The position numbers and the translations under genes were made by a program. This document shows positions 50,838-62,440 of a stretch of 64,000 bases of DNA, one piece after another. The stretch's first letter is position 1. The number at the start of each line of letters is the position of its first letter. The stretch is from Rubripirellula sp. GTDB lineage: Bacteria > Planctomycetota > Planctomycetia > Pirellulales > Pirellulaceae. The stretch spans positions 4,384,001 to 4,448,000 of the forward strand of contig OZ244207.1 of NCBI GenBank assembly GCA_965216875.1, read 5' to 3'. Below the pieces are notes generated by a model. The model was not told where the DNA came from and searched no databases. It worked only from the letters and a program-made list of their open reading frames with translations.

Positions 50838-53762
50838 ATGGGCGCTTGGATACAGGCGCGGCGCATCAACCGATGGTGCACCGCTGGCTTGGTCGTTTTC
50901 TGTCTCTTCGTTATCGCGATTGCCGAACTGCCCCACGCATCGGCTCAGCGTTCGCGAGCCAATTCGCGCCAGATTGATCCGGTCCGCGAAGGAGATGCGG
51001 TTGAGGTCAAGTCGGGTTTCAAGTGGTATCCCGGGACCGTGATCTCGTATGCAAACGGCTCCGCCAGTATCGAATATGAATTCGCGGGCAGTTCAACGAC
51101 GCGTGATTTCCGACTCGACGACGTTCGCTTCCCCAACGGGGAAGGTCACTGGACCATCTGGAAAGACGCTTCTGGAAAATTCAAGGTTGAGGCTCGCTAC
51201 ATCGCGCGCGACGAAACGAGCGTGATGATCCGCAAAGCGGACGGAAGCGAACTTACGATCCCAATCGACAAGCTGTCTCTCGACTTGCGCCAACGCGTAC
51301 GGCAAACGCCCATCACAGGCGAAGAGAACAAGATCGACGGTGCGAACCCTGTTCGCGTGGGGGACGAAATTCAAGTGCAGTACTTTTCGTCGTGGTACGA
51401 CGGTGTCGTTAAGAAAGTGCTGCCAGGCCAGGTCGAAGTTGACTACCAGTACCGCGACCGAACCGAGTCCAAAACATTCGACCTAAAAGACATTCGCTTC
51501 CCCAATGGCGAAGGTCGCTGGCGAGAGTGGACCGACGCATCAGGACAATTCAAAATTGTCGCAAGGTACATTTCCCGCACCCAAACGCATGTAACCATTC
51601 GCAAAGAAGATGGCAACGATCTCGAAATCCCGATCGATCGCTTGTCGTCGAAACTGCGTCGCCTCCTCGCCGAAACGCCCGTCACCGGTGAAGAGACACT
51701 TGTCGATGGGGTGAACCCGATTCGCGTTGGTGACCACGTCGAGATTAAATCGACGTGGTCTTGGATTCCTGGAGTGATCAAGGAAACGCGTGCCGGCGGT
51801 GCCGTCGTCGAATACGAATACCACTCGTCGACGACAAAGAAAGAGTTCAAACTTGCAGACATCCGTTTCCCGAACGGTGAAGGGCACTGGCGCAAATGGC
51901 AAGACGACTCAGGATCGTTTGAGCTCATCGCGCGGTACATCTCTCGCAACGAAACCCACGCGACGCTCGTCAAAGAGGACGGCAACCAGGTCAAGGTGCC
52001 CATCGAGCGACTCAGCACAAAACTGCGTCGAATTCTAGAGCAGACTCTCGCCATCTCTCGACGGCCCGAGAAGATTGAATTTGGGTTGTCACCCAAAACA
52101 ACCTCGTTCCTGAGTACTGCACCAAGCTTTGCCCAATTGTCGCTTTCTGGTTTGACCGTCGACAACGCCAATCCACATGGCGAAGGTGGCTTCGGGTTTC
52201 AAATGACCCACGGCGACACCATTTCGGCGTGCATCCCCGTCGGTGGCGTCGACCCATGGATCGCAATCGGTACCTACGCAACGTCCCGGTTCAATGGGCC
52301 GCGTCTCACGCGGATGTACTGGACCAAACCAACGCGTGGCAAAGTCGTGCCGGGACCAAACTTCCAACCCGATGAACGGATCATCGACTATTCAGCCACA
52401 CAGGGCCGACTGATCACGTTGCAAGTGACCGAGGGCACTTGGGAACAACCGAAAATGTTCTGCACCTACCGGGTTGCTGCGGGCGAGGCGTTTGCAACAC
52501 CCGAAGCAGCATGGGATGTCGCCGAAAAGAAACGGTCATACGGTCGCGGTTCCGATTACATGGCGCGACTGGTTGGCGAGAATCAATTGTTGCTCGCCGA
52601 CGGAAACGCGGTTTCTCTCTATGACTTCCAGTCCAATCGCATCACCTACACGCTGACGGGCTTGGCAAGCAACTCGTTCACTTTGCACCCGTCAAAGCAC
52701 TACTTTGCGGTCACCAGCAGCGCCGGAGTCACTTCGTTGCACGACACCCTCAGTGGTCGTCAGGTCGCAACGGCTCCCGCTGGAGTGACCAACGCTGGCG
52801 TGGGCTACAGCAAAGACGGCACGCAACTCGTTTTGGTTGGATCGAAATCGGTTAACGTTTACGACCTACAGCAAAACTCTCCCGCGCGGACCTTGCTTTC
52901 ACGTAACCTTTCGGCATCTGGAAAGTCACAAATCAGCCTTGTCAGTGATGATTGGATTTGGGCTGACTCGTACATCTTCAGTACTGAAAAGCAGATGGTC
53001 GTCTGGAGCTATTCCGGTAGCGGCGTCAGCATTGCTAAGAGCCAAATGCTTGGTGACAGCATGTTGGTTGCCGCGACCAGCGGTTCGTACCGAGCCCCCA
53101 AGACTGCGTTGGTCGGGATCGCCAAAGTGCCGCACGAAGAAGCGATCAATGTCTCCAACGGTGTCGACGCCGATGAAATGATCATGCTCAAGCCGGGCGC
53201 AGGGATCAAAGTCGAAGCGCCGGGTGATCCGCGGATCCGCGCTGGGATCCTGAGAGTCATCCAGGCAAACGGTTGGCGAGAGGACCCTTCTTCCGATGTC
53301 GTCTTTCACGGCACCGCCAAACCGGGCGAGCAGAAGACGATGAAGTACCAGAAAAGCAGTCGGTTCGGGATGCCGTTCGGACGCGTCAGGGATGACGCCA
53401 TCACGATCACGGCAAGCCCGTGGGAACAGCGTGCTTGGATTACCTTCCGTGGTCAAACCGCTTGGTCGTCTGGATCGGGAGGACTTCCCTATTCGATGTA
53501 TTTGCGTGAGGGCGAGACGGTGCAGGGCGAAGTCAACAAATCGACTCAACCGAACTATTCGCTTTTTGAACGGTTGTCGACTCCCGCCGAGATGCTCTAT
53601 CCCCAATACCGGTACGGTCTCGGCAAAACCGCGATCACCATCAGCGGTTTCAAAGACCAAGTCAACACGATCGATCCTGAGGAAAAGGACGACGCGAACC
53701 AACCACCCCCTAGCGTTCGTCCCGGTTTCCCCAACGGCATCCCACCACGTGGTCGGTTCTAG
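50838..53762 (+). CDS. Secreted protein with 3x (Tudor/SH3-like + SHD1) repeats and a beta-propeller-like C-terminal half
   Basis: Three ~120-aa units: GD.VE....W..G.V and R.W.D.SG.F...AR...IP...LS. Confidence 0.85.
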   Translation: MGAWIQARRINRWCTAGLVVFCLFVIAIAELPHASAQRSRANSRQIDPVREGDAVEVKSGFKWYPGTVISYANGSASIEYEFAGSSTTRDFRLDDVRFPNGEGHWTIWKDASGKFKVEARYIARDETSVMIRKADGSELTIPIDKLSLDLRQRVRQTPITGEENKIDGANPVRVGDEIQVQYFSSWYDGVVKKVLPGQVEVDYQYRDRTESKTFDLKDIRFPNGEGRWREWTDASGQFKIVARYISRTQTHVTIRKEDGNDLEIPIDRLSSKLRRLLAETPVTGEETLVDGVNPIRVGDHVEIKSTWSWIPGVIKETRAGGAVVEYEYHSSTTKKEFKLADIRFPNGEGHWRKWQDDSGSFELIARYISRNETHATLVKEDGNQVKVPIERLSTKLRRILEQTLAISRRPEKIEFGLSPKTTSFLSTAPSFAQLSLSGLTVDNANPHGEGGFGFQMTHGDTISACIPVGGVDPWIAIGTYATSRFNGPRLTRMYWTKPTRGKVVPGPNFQPDERIIDYSATQGRLITLQVTEGTWEQPKMFCTYRVAAGEAFATPEAAWDVAEKKRSYGRGSDYMARLVGENQLLLADGNAVSLYDFQSNRITYTLTGLASNSFTLHPSKHYFAVTSSAGVTSLHDTLSGRQVATAPAGVTNAGVGYSKDGTQLVLVGSKSVNVYDLQQNSPARTLLSRNLSASGKSQISLVSDDWIWADSYIFSTEKQMVVWSYSGSGVSIAKSQMLGDSMLVAATSGSYRAPKTALVGIAKVPHEEAINVSNGVDADEMIMLKPGAGIKVEAPGDPRIRAGILRVIQANGWREDPSSDVVFHGTAKPGEQKTMKYQKSSRFGMPFGRVRDDAITITASPWEQRAWITFRGQTAWSSGSGGLPYSMYLREGETVQGEVNKSTQPNYSLFERLSTPAEMLYPQYRYGLGKTAITISGFKDQVNTIDPEEKDDANQPPPSVRPGFPNGIPPRGRF

Positions 53763-53766
53763 AAAA

Positions 53767-53825
53767 GTAGGGTGTGTGCTTGCACGCACCAAATCAACAA
53801 ACAAGATCCGTGGCGCGCACCCTAC
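53767..53825. repeat. REP doublet
   Basis: gtagggtgtgtgcttgcacgcacc..gcgcaccctac. Confidence 0.8.
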
Positions 53826-54221
53826 GAAAACGGGCATTCCGGGCGGGCTATGCCAGCATTTGCGGGAAAACTCGCCTTGACCGACATTGGGATGATCTGC
53901 ACAATCCTCGGTCGCTCGTGGCGAAACAGCCTGAAGTGGCTCGAAGGGCCTTTCAGATTTGTTACGCTGCAACGGATTGCATGAATCGAAATTTACTCGA
54001 TCCTCTCAATGGGACGGTCAAAGGAGACCAAAAACCCCACCGAGGAGCTTCCCTGAAAAGGGCGAGTGGACCGATTCGAAAAGTTTCGCCAGCTTTGTCG
54101 GCGAGACGATTCAGGGATGTCAGCTCCCGCGCGCTCTTATGGAAGCACGTGTGGGGGAGTGCGTGCGTCACTTGGAGCGTCTTCGTTTTGGCATTGCGGT
54201 TCCTTTCAACGGAGTTGTCGT

Positions 54222-56231
54222 TTGTCCTCAGTAGCGGACTTCGACCTGAAAGAGCGAGTAAGAAGCGCCGTTGACATCTTGGATGTCATCAGTGCAACGC
54301 TTGAGGTACAGCCTCAAGGCCGCAACTTCGTAGCCCGCTGTCCGTGGCATGACGACCGTCGTCCCTCGATGACGATCAACCAAGAACGCCAAACTTGGAA
54401 ATGTTGGCCGTGTGATATTGGCGGCGACGTCTTCAGCTTCATCATGCGTCGCGACGGCGTTGATTTCCCCGCTGCACTTCGCAGCCTTGCCGAACAAGCC
54501 GGCATTCCGATCGAACAGTATCGCCGCGGCAAGAAAACCGAATTCGGCGCACCCGATGATCGCGAAACATTGCTTGCCGCAATGAAGCTCATCACCGACG
54601 CCTACTACAACGAACTTGAAAGCGGCACGACCGACGATGCCAAAATCGCTCGCGACTATCTAACCGAGCGTGGGTTCACCGAAGAGAGTCGCAAGAAATT
54701 CCGAATTGGCTTTGCACCCGATTCGTGGAGCTACGCGATCGATCTGCTCGCCAAAAACAAATTCTCGGGACAAGTCGCTCACGCCGCTGGCATCGCGTCG
54801 CCCAAACGAGCAAGCAGTGGCTTCGTCGACTTCTTCCGTGGCCGGTTGATGTTCCCGATTCACGACATGCAAAGTCGTCCCATCGCGTTGGGAGGTCGGA
54901 TCATTCCCGACATCGCCGCCCGCTACGACGATGGCGGTGGTGCGAAGTACTACAACGGCCGCGAAACGATGCTGTTTCGCAAGTCCCATCAACTCTACGG
55001 GCTCGAACTTGCTCGCGAACCGATTCGCCGCAGCGGCGAAGCACTCGTGATGGAAGGCTACACCGATGTTGTGGCGGCTGCCCAATCGGGTGTCGAACCG
55101 GTCGTCGCGGTCCTCGGCACAGCACTGGGGCAAGACCACGTCAAGATTCTGAAGCGATTCGCTCAGCGTGTGGTTCTCGTACTCGACGGCGATGACGTGG
55201 GGCAACGGCGAGCCGATGACGTGCTTGAACTGTTCATCGGAGCCGATGTTGACCTGCGCGTCCTGACGCTTCCCGATGCAATGGATCCGGCCGACTACAT
55301 CGCCAGCCAAGGCCGCGAAGCGTTCGAGCAACTTGTCAAGGACGCGCCCGACGCACTCGACCATAAGCTCGCCAAGTTGACCGCCGGGATCGATGTTGTC
55401 CAAGACACGCATGCGGTCACCACGGCAACCGAAACCATGCTTGGCATCCTGGCCAAAGCACCGACGAGTGCGGGATTGCGAATCGACCAAATGCTGATTC
55501 GCATGGCGCAGACCTTTCAATTGCGTGCCGAGAGACTCGAGCAACGACTCGACTTCCTGCGTAGCGAAGGCAAGAAACGCCAGAGCCCACCGCGCCAGGC
55601 GCCACGTCGCAATCCAACGCAGAGCCCACAACCAGCGCGTCCCAAGTTGGTTGACCCCAATGATGCGTTTGCCGAATCAGCGGCACCGCCGGACGCTTTT
55701 TTCGATGCCCATGGCTCAAGCGAGAGTGAATTTGCCGGCGACTTCGGCGCTGGGCAATTGGAACCGCAGGGTCCCGGTCCGCTTGCGACCATCACCGGTA
55801 TCGACCGCGAACTCTTTGAAACGTTGATCGAAAACCCCGACTTGGCCGGGATGGCTGTCGAAACGATCGATCCGAATTGGCTTGAAACGATCACCGCCAA
55901 GATGGTGCTGTCGGCCTATCAAGATCTTGATTTAGACGGACACCCACTTGATGCCAATTCGCTTCTGCTCTTAATTGAAAACGAAGAACTCAAGAACATC
56001 GTCGTCACGCTTCAACAGCGCTCCGAAGAAAGAGCCGAGCATTTAACACAAAGTTGTGACGAACGTTTCTCGGCGATCATGAGTCGTTATCGAGAGCGTG
56101 AGTTCTCGATCGAAAAGTCACGTCAAATCGAACAACTCAAATCGGCTTCGCTCGCGGAAGAGGAAGAGGACGCGATGCTGCAAGCGATGTTCGAACAAGA
56201 AAAACAACGTCACCAATCAAAGAATCAATAG
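54222..56231 (+). CDS. dnaG: DNA primase
   Basis: CPWHDD..CWPC zinc finger, FRGRLMFPI, KYYN, EGYTD and DGD Toprim motifs; TTG start inferred. Confidence 0.96.
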   Translation: MSSVADFDLKERVRSAVDILDVISATLEVQPQGRNFVARCPWHDDRRPSMTINQERQTWKCWPCDIGGDVFSFIMRRDGVDFPAALRSLAEQAGIPIEQYRRGKKTEFGAPDDRETLLAAMKLITDAYYNELESGTTDDAKIARDYLTERGFTEESRKKFRIGFAPDSWSYAIDLLAKNKFSGQVAHAAGIASPKRASSGFVDFFRGRLMFPIHDMQSRPIALGGRIIPDIAARYDDGGGAKYYNGRETMLFRKSHQLYGLELAREPIRRSGEALVMEGYTDVVAAAQSGVEPVVAVLGTALGQDHVKILKRFAQRVVLVLDGDDVGQRRADDVLELFIGADVDLRVLTLPDAMDPADYIASQGREAFEQLVKDAPDALDHKLAKLTAGIDVVQDTHAVTTATETMLGILAKAPTSAGLRIDQMLIRMAQTFQLRAERLEQRLDFLRSEGKKRQSPPRQAPRRNPTQSPQPARPKLVDPNDAFAESAAPPDAFFDAHGSSESEFAGDFGAGQLEPQGPGPLATITGIDRELFETLIENPDLAGMAVETIDPNWLETITAKMVLSAYQDLDLDGHPLDANSLLLLIENEELKNIVVTLQQRSEERAEHLTQSCDERFSAIMSRYREREFSIEKSRQIEQLKSASLAEEEEDAMLQAMFEQEKQRHQSKNQ

Positions 56232-56386
56232 AAGGAGCATTTGTCTAACGGAGCTTTGACAGTTGAAGTCGAAGCTTCACAAAACCCTCCAACCCAATCC
56301 ATTCGGCAAACCCAGAGACTCCCGAATTATCGTCTCGACGCCGAACCCAAATCCCAGACCCACGCTAAAAACACGAGGTTTTTACG

Positions 56387-58051
56387 ATGCAATTGATGGA
56401 TCAAGAATTGTCGACGCTGGTTACCCGCGGATGCCAGCAGGGATTCCTGACCTACGAAGAAGTCAACGCTTACCTTCCGGACGAAGACGTCAATCCGGAA
56501 AAGCTTGACAAGCTTCTTCTCGCAGTCGAGCGTCACGGCATCAAGCTGATCGAAGCTCCCAAGAAACGCGCCGGTGGTACCGCGCAAAAGCCCGAACCGA
56601 ACGTTCCCGAGATGCGCACCGATTCGGCAGCCGCACCGGAAGCAAACGAAGGCGTCGTTGCCGAGTTGCCTAAGGCGAGCGACGATCCGATCCGCATGTA
56701 CCTGAGTCAAATGGCTGAGATCCCATTGCTGTCTCGCGAAGAAGAAATCGCGTTGGCAAAGAAGATCGAAATCACACGCAAACAATTCCGCCGCACATTG
56801 CTTGAATCGGACTACGCGCTGCGTTCAACCGTTTCGACGTTACAACGAGTGCATACGGGCGAGCTTCCCTTTGATCGAACGATCAAGGTTTCGCTTACCG
56901 AGCGTTTGACGAAAGAACAAATCAGTGCTCGCATGCCACACAACCTGCGAACACTCGAAGTGCTGATCCGCCAAAACCGAGTCGACTTTGATCAACTCGT
57001 ACGCAAAAGCACCTCGCCTCGCTTGAAGGCCGAGATTCGCCGCCGGTTCATTCGCAGCCGCCGCAAGGCACTTCAACTTGTCGAAGAACTTTCGCTCCGC
57101 AGCCGCCGCGTCACGCCGCTGCTCGGTCAACTCGAAGAGATCTCGCGGCGCATGAATTTCATTCGCGCTCGATTGGCTGAACTCGGCACCGATGCGATGA
57201 GCCGCGATGAAGCAGCCGACCTGCGTCACGAATTGCGCGAACTCATGCTGGTCACCCAAGAGAGCCCGACCAGTCTGCACAACCGCATGACCAAGGCTCG
57301 CAAACACTTCGAAGAATACGAAGCGACCAAACGTCAACTCAGCAGCGGCAACCTGCGCCTTGTCGTCTCGATCGCTAAGAAATACCGTAACCGCGGTCTG
57401 TCGTTCCTCGACTTGATCCAGGAAGGCAACACCGGCCTGATGCGTGCGGTCGACAAATACGAATACCGTCGTGGATTCAAGTTCAGCACTTATGCGACTT
57501 GGTGGATTCGCCAAGCGATCACCCGTGCGATCGCCGATCAAGCTCGTACGATCCGCATTCCGGTTCACATGATCGATGTGCTGAGCAAGCTTCGCCAGGC
57601 ACAAAAGCAACTGCTGCAAGAGCTCAATCGCGAGCCGACCTACGAGGAAATCGCCAAGCGCACCGAGATTCCTTTGGAGGAAGTTCGCCGCGTGATGGAC
57701 ATCGGTCGTCACCCCGCCAGCCTCGATCGACCGGTTGGCGAAACGGAAGACAGCAGCTTCGGTGAATTCATCGAAGACAACGACAGTCACAACCCGGTCA
57801 AGACGGCTGCCAGCGGCATCCTTCGCGATAAGATCGACGAACTCTTGAAAACGCTGACCTACCGCGAGCGAGAAATCATTCGCTTGCGATACGGTTTGGT
57901 CGACGGTTACAGCTACACGCTGGAAGAGTGCGGGCGTATCTTCAAGGTGACTCGCGAACGGGTCCGCCAGATCGAGGCCAAGGCAGTTGCAAAGCTGCAA
58001 AGCCCGTCGCGAGCGGAACGACTCAGTTCGTTTCTCAAGACGGCGGCTTGA
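56387..58051 (+). CDS. rpoD: Primary-type RNA polymerase sigma-70 factor
   Basis: Region 1.1, [42 protein letters not shown]; lies directly after dnaG. Confidence 0.9.
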   Translation: MQLMDQELSTLVTRGCQQGFLTYEEVNAYLPDEDVNPEKLDKLLLAVERHGIKLIEAPKKRAGGTAQKPEPNVPEMRTDSAAAPEANEGVVAELPKASDDPIRMYLSQMAEIPLLSREEEIALAKKIEITRKQFRRTLLESDYALRSTVSTLQRVHTGELPFDRTIKVSLTERLTKEQISARMPHNLRTLEVLIRQNRVDFDQLVRKSTSPRLKAEIRRRFIRSRRKALQLVEELSLRSRRVTPLLGQLEEISRRMNFIRARLAELGTDAMSRDEAADLRHELRELMLVTQESPTSLHNRMTKARKHFEEYEATKRQLSSGNLRLVVSIAKKYRNRGLSFLDLIQEGNTGLMRAVDKYEYRRGFKFSTYATWWIRQAITRAIADQARTIRIPVHMIDVLSKLRQAQKQLLQELNREPTYEEIAKRTEIPLEEVRRVMDIGRHPASLDRPVGETEDSSFGEFIEDNDSHNPVKTAASGILRDKIDELLKTLTYREREIIRLRYGLVDGYSYTLEECGRIFKVTRERVRQIEAKAVAKLQSPSRAERLSSFLKTAA

Positions 58052-58152
58052 CGCCGATAGTCGGTAAGTCGATCTTGGATGGAGAAGCACTTGCTTGAAC
58101 GATCGCAATTCAAGCAAGTGCATTCATCATCCCTCCAACACGGCCGCCGACG

Positions 58153-58887
58153 ATGTCCAGCGCTTCGCAAATCGAGATCAGCACCGAGCTTCTACGGACA
58201 TTGCATCGGATTCACCGGCAACGCACTGACCTGCAAAGCCAACTCGATCGCGGGCCTCGACAAATCAATGCCGGCCAAGCCATGGTCGACAAAGCCAGCG
58301 GCGAGGTCGAAGCAGCCCGCGAATCGCTCAAAAAGGCACGGCTCGCGTGCGACGAAAAACAGCTGCAGCTGAAATCTCGTGAGCTGCGGATTGAAGAATT
58401 GGCCGCCAAACTCAACACCGCGGCCAGCAATCGCGAGTTTTCGACCCTCAAGGAACAAATCGCAGCCGACAAGCAGGCCAACGAAGTCCTGAGCGACGAA
58501 ATCCTTGAAGCACTCGACCAGCTTGACCAGATGGAAGCTGGTGTCAAAGAACTCGAAGCCGCCTTTGGCACACAGCAAGACGAGCACAAAACGCGCGTCG
58601 CCGATGTCGAATCGAAGATGGGCAACTTGCGCGAAGAGCTCGAACGCGTTGAAAGTGAATTGACCAAGTCCGAGGCGGAGATTCCAGCGGCAGCCAAAGC
58701 CGACTACGTGCGTCTGACCGAAGCCAAGGGCGAAGAGGCGCTCGCACCGGTCGAGTCCGACTCCTGTGGCGGCTGCTACCAAACGCTGACCACACAGCTG
58801 ATCGATCGACTGCAAATGTCGATGTTGATCCGCTGCCCAAACTGCAATGCTTTTCTTTACCTGCCCGAAGATCGCCGGGTTCGATAG
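58153..58887 (+). CDS. Coiled-coil protein with C4 zinc ribbon (DUF164/CT398-like)
   Basis: Long coiled coil, SNREF..L..QI, CGGC...CPNC. Confidence 0.88.
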   Translation: MSSASQIEISTELLRTLHRIHRQRTDLQSQLDRGPRQINAGQAMVDKASGEVEAARESLKKARLACDEKQLQLKSRELRIEELAAKLNTAASNREFSTLKEQIAADKQANEVLSDEILEALDQLDQMEAGVKELEAAFGTQQDEHKTRVADVESKMGNLREELERVESELTKSEAEIPAAAKADYVRLTEAKGEEALAPVESDSCGGCYQTLTTQLIDRLQMSMLIRCPNCNAFLYLPEDRRVR

Positions 58888-59196
58888 CCGCTTGGCCAAT
58901 CGCCCCCAGAACCCGCGCAAGCGCCCCAGAACCCGCGTAGTTGGGGGTGTGTCTGAACCGACCGGGGTCTCGCTGTGACAAACGGTTTCAGTTTGTACAG
59001 TGGAACAGGCCCAAAGTCGTTTAAGAATCGTCAGGCCCTCGCCCCCAAACGAACCGTAATGCGTGTGGTCGCGTAAAATATCGACGAGACATTGCGTAAA
59101 AAAATAGTGGAAAATTCTGCGGCATGGCGTCCGCCCTTATCCACTCTGATTTTGGGCAGAAAACCGTGTGACCTTCTTCACGATTTAGCGGGCGTC

Positions 59197-59838
59197 ATGA
59201 TCATCATTGGCATCGTCGGTTCCCCTGCGGGCGGCAAATCCACCGTTGCCTCCCTTTTACAGGACCGGGGAGCGGCGTGGATCAACGCGGATGTGATCGC
59301 CCACCAAGCCCTCGAGACGCCTGAGATTCGCGACCAGCTTGTGGAACACTTTGGCAAAGATATCGCCGGTAGCGACGGCCAGATCGAGCGAGGAAAGCTA
59401 GCCCCTTTGGTTTTCGGGGATGACGATCGCCAACGTGCCGCATTAACATATTTAGAGAGTGTGGTTCACCCCGAGACGCGGCGGGTGATCACCAAGCAGT
59501 TGAAAGAGGCATCGCTTCGTCGTGTTGTGGCGGCGATCTTGGACGTGCCTCTTTTGTTCGAGTCTCGTTGGGATCGAAGCTGCGATGAAATCTGGTGCGT
59601 CGACTCACCCTTTGCCCTGCGCGCTCAGCGTGCTGCAGCGCGTGGATGGGACGATGCGGAATTGAAACGCCGCGACGACAACCAATTAAGTATCGAAGAG
59701 AAACGTCGCCTCAGCACCCAAGTCCTCATCAATCACGGTTCTCTCGATCAACTCGCCGATACTGTCAATCAACGCTGGAGTTCACTCTTAGAGCGAAACA
59801 CGCAACAAGTCGTCGGACACTGTTTCCAAGAAAACTAA
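59197..59838 (+). CDS. coaE: Dephospho-CoA kinase
   Basis: IIGIVGSPAGGKST, ADVIAH, LESVVHP, DVPLLFE. Confidence 0.93.
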   Translation: MIIIGIVGSPAGGKSTVASLLQDRGAAWINADVIAHQALETPEIRDQLVEHFGKDIAGSDGQIERGKLAPLVFGDDDRQRAALTYLESVVHPETRRVITKQLKEASLRRVVAAILDVPLLFESRWDRSCDEIWCVDSPFALRAQRAAARGWDDAELKRRDDNQLSIEEKRRLSTQVLINHGSLDQLADTVNQRWSSLLERNTQQVVGHCFQEN

Positions 59839-59993
59839 AAAGACACAGCCTCGCCACCCAACAATTACGCCCCTCATTCGTTGAAAGTTTGCGTCCCCGT
59901 TTTTTCCTTGTCGATTAAGCGAACTTTCTCCTACCAAATCATCACTGGCTTATTGCCACCCTTTTCCTTATTCGTCTTTCCTATTCAATCGTC

Positions 59994-61505
59994 ATGCCTT
60001 CCAATCGCCCATCCCGTCCGCGGGACAAACAGGGGCACAAGTCACAAGACGGCCAGCGCGAATATCGCGACTACCGTCATGGCGGCCAACGCCCCCGGCA
60101 TCCAGACAAAGAAGTCGATCAACGCATCCGCGAACTCGACGCCGAACGCGATCCGCTGTCGCTGCCAGAAGAAATCGTAAGCGAGGCCAACAAGGCTGGC
60201 CAACGCGTCGGCATCCCGAGCGGTGAAAGCGATCTGGGGCAACTCAATATCGCTCAGCTGCAAAAGATGCCGCATGAGGATTTGATCGCCATTGCCAAAC
60301 GCGAAGAGATTGAAGACTTCGCAAACTCGTCTCGCCAGGAATTGATCTTCCGCATCCTTAAGCATCGGATGAAGGTCAATGGCCTGATGTACGGCGAAGG
60401 CACGCTTGAAATCTTGCCCGATGGCTTTGGCTTCTTGCGCAGTCCTGAATACCACTACGTCTCCTGCCCAGACGACATCTACGTTTCGCCAAGCCAAATT
60501 CGTCGCTTTGGTCTGCAAACGGGCAGTCACGTCGCTGGACAGATTCGTCCTCCGAAAGAAAACGAGCGCTACTTTGCGCTACTGCGAATTGAGGCGATCA
60601 ATCGCCACGATCCAATGCAGCGCCAGAACGTTGTTCCGTTTGATGAATTGACACCGCTGCATCCTGATAAACGGATCATGATGGAGCACGAGCCTAGCGA
60701 AATCAGCACTCGTGTCGTCGACCTCCTAACGCCGATTGGCTTTGGCCAACGCGGACTGATCGTTTCGCCGCCCCGCGCCGGCAAGACGATCTTGATGCAG
60801 CAGATGGCGCGAGCGGTCCTGCAGAATTTCCCCGAAGCCTACGTCTTCATGTTGCTGATCGACGAACGGCCCGAGGAAGTCACCGACATGGAACGCGAAG
60901 TACGCGGTCCACAATGCGAGGTGATCAGCAGCACGTTCGATGAACCAGCCCAGCGCCACATCCAAGTCGCGCAAATGGTGATCGAAAAGGCCAAACGAAT
61001 GGTTGAATCGGGAACCGATGTCGTGATCTTCCTCGACTCGATCACCCGCCTTGCCCGCGCCCATAACAGCGACGGCGATTCGACCGGCAAATTGTTGTCC
61101 GGCGGCCTTGACGCCGGGGCTCTGCAAAAACCGAAAGCGTTGTTTGGATCGGCCCGAAAAGTCGAAGAGGGCGGTTCACTCACCATCCTCGCCACGGCCC
61201 TGGTCGATACCGGCAGTCGTATGGACGACGTGATCTTTGAAGAGTTCAAAGGCACCGGCAATCTTGAAATCGTGCTCGACCGCGCGCTGGTCGATCGTCG
61301 CATTTGGCCATCGATCGATGTCAGTCGCAGCGGCACGCGCCGCGAAGAGATGTTGATGGATCCCGAAGAGTACCGTCGCATTTCAACGCTGCGTCGCACG
61401 CTCGCCGAACTCTCGCCAGCCGACGCGATGCAGAACCTGGTTACTCAATTGCGCAAGACGCAAAACAACGCTGAATTCTTGATGAGCTTAAAAGATGTCG
61501 AATGA
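59994..61505 (+). CDS. rho: Transcription termination factor Rho
   Basis: [42 protein letters not shown]. Confidence 0.97.
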   Translation: MPSNRPSRPRDKQGHKSQDGQREYRDYRHGGQRPRHPDKEVDQRIRELDAERDPLSLPEEIVSEANKAGQRVGIPSGESDLGQLNIAQLQKMPHEDLIAIAKREEIEDFANSSRQELIFRILKHRMKVNGLMYGEGTLEILPDGFGFLRSPEYHYVSCPDDIYVSPSQIRRFGLQTGSHVAGQIRPPKENERYFALLRIEAINRHDPMQRQNVVPFDELTPLHPDKRIMMEHEPSEISTRVVDLLTPIGFGQRGLIVSPPRAGKTILMQQMARAVLQNFPEAYVFMLLIDERPEEVTDMEREVRGPQCEVISSTFDEPAQRHIQVAQMVIEKAKRMVESGTDVVIFLDSITRLARAHNSDGDSTGKLLSGGLDAGALQKPKALFGSARKVEEGGSLTILATALVDTGSRMDDVIFEEFKGTGNLEIVLDRALVDRRIWPSIDVSRSGTRREEMLMDPEEYRRISTLRRTLAELSPADAMQNLVTQLRKTQNNAEFLMSLKDVE

Positions 61506-61992
61506 TGCCAGTGCCGTGACCGAAATCACTGGCTTGGACGGAAAGCTCCCCAGTGGCAAGGTGGTCACGGTAGCAAGTCGCTACAACCCCAAGATTTGTG
61601 ACGCGCTCGTGTCAGGGTCCCTCCAGACACTGCACGAAGCCGGCTTCGCACCCGATGCAACGCCGGTCGTCCGCGTTCCCGGTGCGTGGGAACTGCCCGC
61701 CGTCGTCGCCCGCGTGATTGAACAGCCTGATGTGATTGGCGTGGTCGCACTCGGATGCGTGATCAAAGGCGAAACGACTCACGATGAACACATCAACCGA
61801 GCCGTTAGCCTCGCGATCATGAACATGGAAGTCGAGACGGGCATTCCGATCGCTTTCGGCCTGCTGACCTGCAACACGCTCGAACAGGCGATTCATCGAA
61901 GCGGTGGCAACGTCGGTAACAAAGGCGTCGAATCAGCCGAGGCGGTCATCGAACTGTTGCGACTCGGCGTCAAACTCGACGACGCCCTCTAA
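61495..61992 (+). CDS. ribH: 6,7-dimethyl-8-ribityllumazine synthase
   Basis: [36 protein letters not shown]. Confidence 0.95.
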   Translation: MSNDASAVTEITGLDGKLPSGKVVTVASRYNPKICDALVSGSLQTLHEAGFAPDATPVVRVPGAWELPAVVARVIEQPDVIGVVALGCVIKGETTHDEHINRAVSLAIMNMEVETGIPIAFGLLTCNTLEQAIHRSGGNVGNKGVESAEAVIELLRLGVKLDDAL

Positions 61993-62010
61993 ACCTCGTT
62001 ACCCCTCGAG

Positions 62011-62240
62011 CCTCGTTACCCCGCTCCGCGTGGTAACGCACCTCCCGACGCTCCGCGTCCTCTTCGTAGGTCATGCTCCGCATGACGGCGTTCTGGCGAG
62101 CGCAGCAACGAAGGTCGCGAGGCCCGACGCTAGCGCGTACGGCTCACAAGAGACTCACCTCTCACCTTGTTACCCCGCTCCGCGTGGTAACGCACCTCCC
62201 GACGCTCCGCGTCCTCTTCGTGGGTCATGCGCCGCATGAC
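62011..62240. repeat. Two 76-bp direct composite REP repeats with another REP between them
   Basis: 62011-62086 and 62165-62240 (gttaccccgctccgcgtggtaacgcacctcccgacgctccgcgtcctcttcgtRggtcatgc..catgac). Confidence 0.9.
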
Positions 62241-62440
62241 AGGCATCCGCATCGGCAGCGAGGGCCCAATTTTCTTCGCCGGAATCGCGCGCGATTCACT
62301 ACAATGGTGGAGTGTGCGCACGGGTACCCACGTCACGATTCAGGTCGATTGGACAGCCTCTCGCTTTGGCGCGTTCACCCAACAGTAACGATCAAACTGC
62401 GCGGCAGCGTCCGAGTTCGGCCGCTTCCACTTCTCGGCGT

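Noticed and set aside
58888..59190. Possible RNase P RNA after the Zn-ribbon gene; 17-bp duplication cgcccccagaacccgcg
   Set aside because: No GAGGAAAGTCC or other rnpB signature; the duplication looks like simple slippage.
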